NCBI GenBank assembly: GCA_040285745.1 | Contig: JAUFOR010000006.1 | Span: 62,001-126,000, forward strand | Direction: 5' to 3' | Source: Barthelona sp. PCE | Lineage: Eukaryota | Length of the DNA stretch: 64,000 nt | Shown: one piece after another, positions 48,885-57,800 of the stretch | Layout of the letters: the number at the start of each line of letters is the position of its first letter | Numbering within the stretch: position 1 is the stretch's first letter | The notes under the pieces: model-generated | The model's input: the letters and a program-made list of their open reading frames with translations, nothing else | The model's database searches: none | What the model was told of the DNA's origin: nothing | Position numbers and translations under genes: made by a program

Positions 48885-51800
48885 TTAGAAAGAAACTCGT
48901 TGTTCTTCAGTAAATGGAATGCCGGATTGTGTTGGCTCCATTTCCATAAAGTTGGGTGCGAACATATCGACCTCATATGTACTCTTCTGCTCCACCTTCT
49001 TATTTAGGTAAAGAGCTCCAATAACAAAGATGGTGATAAATATTGCAATCAGTACAAAGCCGAAGTAGGAAGTTTCCTCCTCAGGTTCGGGTTCAGGATC
49101 GGTGACATAAGTACCGGTCTCGACGTTACACACGGATCCAGATGACGACTGGACACCGCACACATCATAGAACGTGAACTCAACAACGGAAGGGTTGGTT
49201 CCAGCCATGTCGTCAGCCAGGAGCACGAGGGCGGAGCCCCCAGTACGAGGACCGAGGGATTTAACAACCTTTCCATCAAGGGACACACCACCGAGTTCAG
49301 CGGGCAGACGCAGAACGTCGAGTGTTTCAGTATCAATAACGAAACCAACAGTTGTACCGGTGACGGGGTTCGTGCCGTATGTGGCGAGCTTAGAGCCAAA
49401 TTTCCAACCACCAGTGAGACCAGCGAACGCGACATGCGCGTCATTAACGTCATTCTTGGTGACGACACCTGAGCGAGTGTTGACTACGTACATCACCTGA
49501 GTTACGGGCTTACCACCGAACATGTAAATGTCATCATCAACGACGATCGTTGATGCGGCGGCAGGAACTGTATCCTTGAGAGAGACTGTGAGAGTGCTCA
49601 TGAACACATTATCGATCTTGAAGAGGAGCGATGAGTGCGCAGTCTTACCCATGATGAAGAAGTGCGTTTCGGAGGCAGCGAGGGAGGCGTCGGAGAGCTC
49701 TGCAACATCGGAAGCGATGGGGATCGAGTCCATGTAAATTGTTGAAAGTTCCCAATCGACTGTGAGTACCTGAAGTGTTGCCTTCTGGTCGGCATCTACA
49801 CATACAATGCGTGTCGTGGTACCGGTGGTAGATGCACGTGATGCTGCGCAATTGCCGATGAAGTCGGTTGCGGTTGTTGTCACGGACATGGTGTACTCAT
49901 CCCATCGGTCGTCAGCCTCGACGTAGCGCTTCACGTAAGGCATAATGTCGCTTACGATGAAGAGATCGCCATCGTAAGAAACAAGAATATCACCAGAAAC
50001 GGTTTGAGGAGCAGTTGCCTCGACAGCGAACGGATCAACCTCGACAGGAGGCTTAGTGCCAATGGTCGTGGTGGAGTGTTGGCCGACAATGGTTAATCCA
50101 TCATCGTCAATGGTGAGGTGACCTGCACTCAGAAGAGTGGTGTCGGTCTGAATGTACTCAATGGTATGTGAGTTTTCAGAGACGTTAACAATGGCAGCGT
50201 GTGTTGCATTCAATGTGGGACACACAATAATGACATCGTTGTCAAATATGTTCACTGAAATGGCAGGACACTCGATATCGATGGGATCATAAGTAACCCA
50301 TCTATTATCCGGAAGGTACCCGTAAAGCTTGAGCTGGGTGTCAGCGTGCACTACAACATTACTGTGCCTGGCTGACTTTGCATCAAAGATCGCAGATGGA
50401 CCGAGGTTCGGACTATCGGTGATGTTCACAGTTGAAAGATTCATTGAAGGCATATCCATGAACACATGGTTACTACCGACAAAGAGGATGCCGTCAACAA
50501 CACCAATACCAATTGAATTAGGAGCAATAGAGATAGCACCATTTGAGGGAGCTGAAACTGGTTCCCATTCTTTCGCGCTGAAGCTGAACACCTTAATCAC
50601 ATCATCATGGTAGATTACAAACTCTTCTTGGACAAAAACATGAACAACATCACCCTCAAGTGCTTCGGAAATCTTCTCATCCTCGTTATTGGTGATACGA
50701 TGAATCTCAGCGTCATCAAGAATAACATAAGTGTTGTTACCGATGATCACTGATAAAACAGGCTCGGAATCAAAGCTATTGATGCGTTTGTAGAACACAG
50801 AGTTAGATTCATCCAACGTGACTTGCTCATCGCACTCATCGCCGGTCCAACCGTGCTTACATTGACACTCCTTATCCTTGTTGCAGAAACCGTTGGCGGG
50901 GCAGACAGGGCACTTGGGAATGGCCTCGTCGCACAGAACACCTCGGAAATCGGCATCGCACTCACAGCGCTCGGGGGCTACGCAAGTGCCGTGGACACAC
51001 GTGGAGCTACAGATAGGAACGTCGCACAAATCGCCTTCCCAGCCGTTCTTACATTCGTCGCAGCTAGCACCGGTGAAGGTACCACTACAGACGCATGTGT
51101 CAGGGGCAACACAGTTACCCGCACAGTCGTTACAGACGGGGACATCGCAGTTAGCGCCAGACCAGCCTGCGCGACACACGCAAATAGGATCGGAAAGTGA
51201 CTCGTTACAGAAAGAGTTGCCCTGGCAGTCGATGAGACATGTCTTGATGACTGTATTGTTCTCAATGCGGTAGCCGGGTAGGGTTTGATCGCAAAGACCA
51301 CCAGTGGTTCCCTCTTCACAGAGGCACATGCCGTCACCAGTTATGGTATCGTTACAGGATCCCTGGACACAAGCAGGACACTTCTCGCACTTTGCACCGA
51401 AGTATCCGGCATCGCATAGAGTGCAATCTCCATTAGAATCCTGAACGAGACCCTGGATACACTGATCACAGTTAGAACCCTCGCGTCCAGGTTCACAGAC
51501 ATCACACAGCGTACCAGTCCAATACTGGTTACACTCGCAAACACCATCACCAGTGATAGTATCGTTACAGGATCCCTGGACACATGTAGGACACTTCTCA
51601 CATGTTGCACCGAAGTATCCGGCATCGCAGAGTACACATTCGTCGTTGCTGTCAACTATAACTCCCTCAACACACAGGGAACAATCTGAGCCTCGACGAC
51701 CTGGAATGCACTCATCGCAAAGTGCACCAGACCAGTACTCATCGCAAATACACTTACCGTCACCGGAAGCGGTATCGCTACAGTGGCCGTTGTCGCATGA

Positions 51801-54800
51801 AGGACAAACTGTACAGGCAGCACCGAATCGATTGTTCATACAAACGTCACACACACCACCTGCGCTGGAGTTGAAACCAGTTGCACAAAGGCACGTGTTG
51901 TTTCCGGTGATTCCGTCAAAAACAACACCACCGGGTCCGCAGTCACGGGCGAGCTCACAAGAAGCACCGACATATCCGGGCATACATGTGGAACAGTTTG
52001 TACCGGGGTTGTAGCCTGCGGGACAGAGACACATACCTGATCCGGAAGTACCATCGTCGCATGTACCGCCGTTTTCGCAAGAGCGACATGGGATGGCGTT
52101 GGGACCATAATAACCAGAGTCGGTTTCTGAACAATCAGCGCCGGTGTAACTCTCGTTACACACACAGCTGCCGTTGCCGTTGAAGCCATCGAACAAAGTG
52201 CCGTGGATACAAGCGCCAGCCGCGATACATTCAGATGAGTAGTATTTGGGGATACACTCATCACAATCAGTACCAGTACGGCCGAACTCGCACATGTTAC
52301 ACAGAGTACCGGTGAAGTACTGCTCGCACTGACAGGTTCCGTTACCAGCACCATCAAGACACGTACCGCGCTCGCAGGGAGGACATGTGATACAGGCAGA
52401 GCCCTGTTCGTAGTAACCGGAGTTACAAGTGTCACAAAGCTCACCGCTGTATGCGTCAGAGACACACACAAGAGCACCAGTTCCGGTGATTCCGGCGTCA
52501 CAGATACCGTTGGGGGATTCGAGAGGACATGGCTCGCAGTGCTCACCGTAGTGGTTACGGACACACTCGTCGCAGTCTTCGCCAAAGAAGGTCGATCCGC
52601 AGCTCATTGACTTGGTAATGAACGCAGCGAAAGTACCAGTTTCAGTACACGTGAACGATACTGTACTTGCGAAAGGTGCGTATGTGATGGAGCACTGGGC
52701 AGGAACCCAAGTCTCGCCATCGAAACGCATGACAGTAATGTCAGATGCAGTGATGTTCTTCTCGTATGAGCCCACAACAGCAGTCTCAATATTCACTGCA
52801 CTAATTTCAATATCAATCAGTTCTGACGTACCCTGGTTTGTACTGACAGTTAACATATCTGTGAATGATACCAATGATGTAGGTATGTCCATATCCATGC
52901 ATTTGCGTGATATACTTATTAAAGAAAGAACAGTTGAAACAGCTGGACTTGCTGTTTCAGCAACAACAGGTGTCAGGTCACCAAAGGACTTCAGTTCAGT
53001 GACAGCTGCGGCAGCTGAGTGAAATTTAATAAAAGTAAACTCACGAACATACTCAATTCCATCGATCATATTTTCCATGACTATAGCTGACGCCTTCTTC
53101 ACAAGGGTATTGGCGTTAGCGAACAGACTACTGTTATAAAAATCTCGTGATTCGAGAGTAACATACATTGTATCTATCAATTCCAATGCTTGGAAACTAG
53201 CCAGTATTTTTTCTTGAGTGGTATCAGAAACCAGGAAGTTATCCAAGGCGATGGATATGGTGTCGATGACAGTATTCAAAAGAGCAGTAGACGAGTCTGC
53301 ACCAACTAAAGGCATAATGTTTTCAATAATATTTGAAGGAGATTGTTCTCCAATCAAGTCAAAGGTGGCCATCAATGATACATAGTCGACATAAACAAGC
53401 AAGTGGTCCATATCCATGGCATTGATGTCATCCTCTGTTAAATCCAATAAATTATCTCCTCCTCCAGCATTGATTGGCGTTCCTTTGTAATCTAAATCAG
53501 ACATTTTCGGAAACTCAACATCATAACCATACTTTGATCTTTCCAACATTCTAACAATTGTATTCGTAATATAGTTACTGATATGATTTGTTTGTTGTGC
53601 TTGAGCAGATACCGGAAGTTTAGTCTTACAGAATTCTTTAAACTGACTAGATGACACAGCAATTGAATCAATATCACTGCTATCCATCTCAGTTGCAACA
53701 GGTGCCTCCCCAAAATCAACAACAGCAGTTTGAATGTCACTAATTTCAAGATCACGACTTGTGATTTCAACGAAAAATGTAACATTTCCTGTGAACGGTA
53801 GAGCATTCTTTGTTATAAAGTCTCTAACAGAATCCATGGTTTTTAATATTGTTTTACGGCCTGTAACAGGGTGCATGTAGCCATATTTAAAAGAAAATCT
53901 TGGTCTAGGAACAATAGATTGGGCTAGAAAAGCTGGTGGATAAGAATTTTCAAGTTCAGGCTTATCAGGTACATAAGATAATTCAACATTACCACTATTG
54001 CTCAAGGTGGCATTGAATTCACCGCTTGCATCAATACAATGAGTTGAAAAACGTAGTTTATCAATGAAATCTCGTGTATCACTTGAACCTATTATGCTAC
54101 ATGTAGCCTGAAATTCAAATGTTGAACATGGAAGAATCATTTCATTAAGCAGTTCAAAACGATCCGACCATAAACGTGTTGCTTTAATATGTTGAACTGT
54201 AGCTGATGAAGCTCCTAACTTAAAAGCAGGATATAATTTAGTTATCCAATTAGTTTTAAACTTTGGTAAAACCATATAAACATCCCATAAATCAGTCTCA
54301 ATATTCTTTATCATATCATCAGAGAAACCTACGTAACGATCTGATTCTGTTGGTGGACCATCAATACTAACGACTTCGAAGGTACAGTTAAGCCTATCTT
54401 CAAAATTACGAGGAACAGCCTTTATCAGAATATTCTCAGAATAAGGGGCAATTTTTTCCACATCACGAATAGAATTGGCGACTTCAAGATCAAATGAACC
54501 GACTGTAACTGTTTTATATACTTCAATTTCGACGGTTAATGAGGTGTTACGACCGGAGTCGATATGAGAAACTGTTACAGTGATATCTAAATCACTGTTA
54601 TCATACATTTGTTCTAGAGCTGTCTTTGGCACGAGTATATTGTTTGATTTTATACTTGCAACAGTGGTATCACACCATTCATTAGCATATGTGATCCCGC
54701 TACTGTTTGTAAGTGAACAAGACCATTCTATAGACAAATGATCATTGCCAGCTATTGATGGATCAAAGATCGTTGTAGAAATCATTAATTCCTTATCAGG

Positions 54801-57800
54801 TGTACCAATAAGAGCAGTTTTAGCCGTGTGTATCTTAATATCACTGTATATAGAAGAGAATTCAATATTTGAAAATGTTTGGGTGCATAACTCTCCGTTT
54901 TCACTCTTCTTGAATGTAACACTGAAATTATATGAATAAATACCAACTGGAAGTGTAATAGGAACACTACTCAAAGAATGACCGGCTCGTTTTGTGAAAC
55001 CAATATCAACCGTAGGTCCAAAATGTTGTGATGTAACTTCCTTAATGAAATGAGAGGAAGTTTTTGAAGTTTGAGTAAACTTAAGCGACATTTTATCCCC
55101 GTTACTAATAACCTTATCGTAAGAAAGAGCTGCGGTTGGGCAAAAATCAGCATCTCTAATATAAAATGAACAAGAATCTGAGTGAACAGAACCAAAAACA
55201 TCAGTAAATACTACTTCGAACGTGTAATCGTCCTCTGTCAGCGTGTCAAATGCTAAGTCACTGAAATCAGTCTCAGTCAAAATAGGAGTTGCACCCTTCT
55301 TGACTGTGTAAGAAAACCCAGACACATCACCATCATTACAATGCAATCCTCTATCAAGACGGAATTTAACCGAAGATAGGTCAGAACCTGTTAACACACG
55401 TTTGTCACAAAATGCAGGAAGGCTAAATGTGGGGTTCAAAATATTCCCGAAAGAAGAAGAACCCGATAGAGTTACATTGATATATTGTGGTGTTGTACTT
55501 GCACGGAAACTACCAAAGTCTCCATAAGGCATAATTACAACAAATTGATTAGAATACCCTCGATCACCAAAGTAAACCCAGTTCCTTGATGATCCTTGTT
55601 TGAGTAAATATTCTGTACAACCACCAGGATGTGAAAGGCCATGATAGCCGTAATAGTTCTTAACTAAGATTGCAGAATCCTGCCACATTGGTATGAACCT
55701 CCTTATCGGTGCTATGAATTCAATCATTAGATTATTTCTAAAATTCATACTACTTATAATAGGATATATTTTTAACTTCTTTGAAGTCTGTGAAGCAATA
55801 TCACGGTTTCCAGGATAAGATATTAAGTCAATTGTAGATTTTATCGTCTTTGTACCAATACCCATATCTGCACAATTTGTTATACTCAAATCTACATAAT
55901 TAACATCGTTTATGTTGTATATAAACGTGATAGACTCAGCATTCCAATTGCCAATGTTACATCCATCTGTGTTACGTCTTGCAAAAACATAAGGACAATC
56001 GAGAGCACGCATTTCAACTGTACAACGATCTGTTACAAGAGAAGGCACTGTGATTTCAACGGTGAGTGGAGTATCTCTATCATAATAGTACTTTTTAATC
56101 GGAATTCGCTGAACATACCCATTAATAACTGAGATGTACTCTCTGTTATTTTCACCCATCCACACTGTATAGTTCGTGATGAATGTAACCCTTTTATCAA
56201 CGATTGTTTCAACACCATGTTTGATAAGAACATCGCAATAGGAAAAATGTTTTAATTCTTTGGTAACGGCAGGTATTGATAAGAAATTATGGCTTGTATT
56301 AACATATGACCAAGTCTCACCGGTTCCATTGAGACATTGGACATCAACATCGAACTCACCATCAACATAACTTTTATCTATAATCTCAGCATATGAAGAT
56401 CCTAAAGCTTGACCACTTTGTTCTTCAACAAGATTAAGATTAATGCTAATTGAATATGATTTAACACGCCTGACAAGGGATCTGATGATGATATCGGGTG
56501 AGAAACCTGTAACAAAACCATAACTATCAATAATCTTGATTCCATGTACCAAACTTATCTGACAATTTCCAATTTGTGACAGTTTAAAAGCGTAGGGGTA
56601 TCTTCCCTTTGCGTTAAAACGGCCTAGTTGCAGAATATCACTCTTTTTCCCATCACAAGCGTATTTTAAATAGAGTACAGATGCTTTGTAATATGGTACA
56701 CTTTCTTTTTGGAACGTGGCACTCACAACACCACTTAAAATATCGTTGCGGCGATAAAATGAATTCATATGACCAACTTTTGTTTGAAAAGGTGCACTAA
56801 CAGTGAAATCTAGATCAATGTTTTGTAAGCACTGACCTGTAATTTTATCTAATCTAAAGTCATCCAAACATCTGCAGACATCAGGAGCAACACATGATGA
56901 AAATTTTGGACAAAATGGACAAATTGGTGAGGCACCTAAACTGTTATCTTTAATATCAACCCATTGATAGCCAGTTTTAGGAACACATGCTTGATAACTA
57001 GAATTAGTACGCACGCATTCTGTGCCTGATATGTCATGACAATCCAGTGTACATGCCTCTACACATAATGTTCCGTCAAGGTTTTCTTCAAAACCAATTA
57101 GGCAACCAAAAACTCCTGCACCAATACACTTGCTATTATCAGGAAGATAATTACAAACGGGATCACAAGATCCATCAACGAATTCATACCCAGCAGGACA
57201 ACCAGTAATACTAAAGAGAGGATCACAAAAAGACTCCGGTGATTCACAGTTTGTACAAGTTCCATTTCTGTTGCATATACCAGTTGCACAATCACCAGGA
57301 CAAGCAAATTCCAACGATATTTCAGTTCCCACCCAATCAGCTTGAATCATAATATATAAATCATCTTTATCAAAGGGTATTTCGACAGCACGTGTGTAAC
57401 CTTGACTGCTAGTCATATTAAACATTGCTATGTAATCGTTGATGTCACTTAGCTGGAAAGAACCATCAAAATATGAGGTTGGGCGTATGGTTGATACTTG
57501 AACCCAAGCAAATCGGACAGAAGTGTAGTAACCTGGTACTGTTGGTCTTTGAATCTTGATAACGAGGGGAATAGATGCATTATATACATCTTTAGCTGTC
57601 TGTAAATGTGCTAAATCTTGTTTTGAAAAATGGAACACCGTTGGATACATTCGCTCATTTTCACTTACATTAAAAGCCCATTGGCCATCTGCAGCTTCTA
57701 ATAACCGGTACTCACAGCGCTCTCCGTAGTATTTGTCTGTGTTACATGAACAATCAGAGCTTCCAGCTACATTACCATCACCTTCTCTACAAAAAAAAGT

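Noticed and set aside
49049-53022. Many overlapping ORFs of 60-250 aa
   Set aside because: By-products of GC-rich codon usage in the giant CDS.
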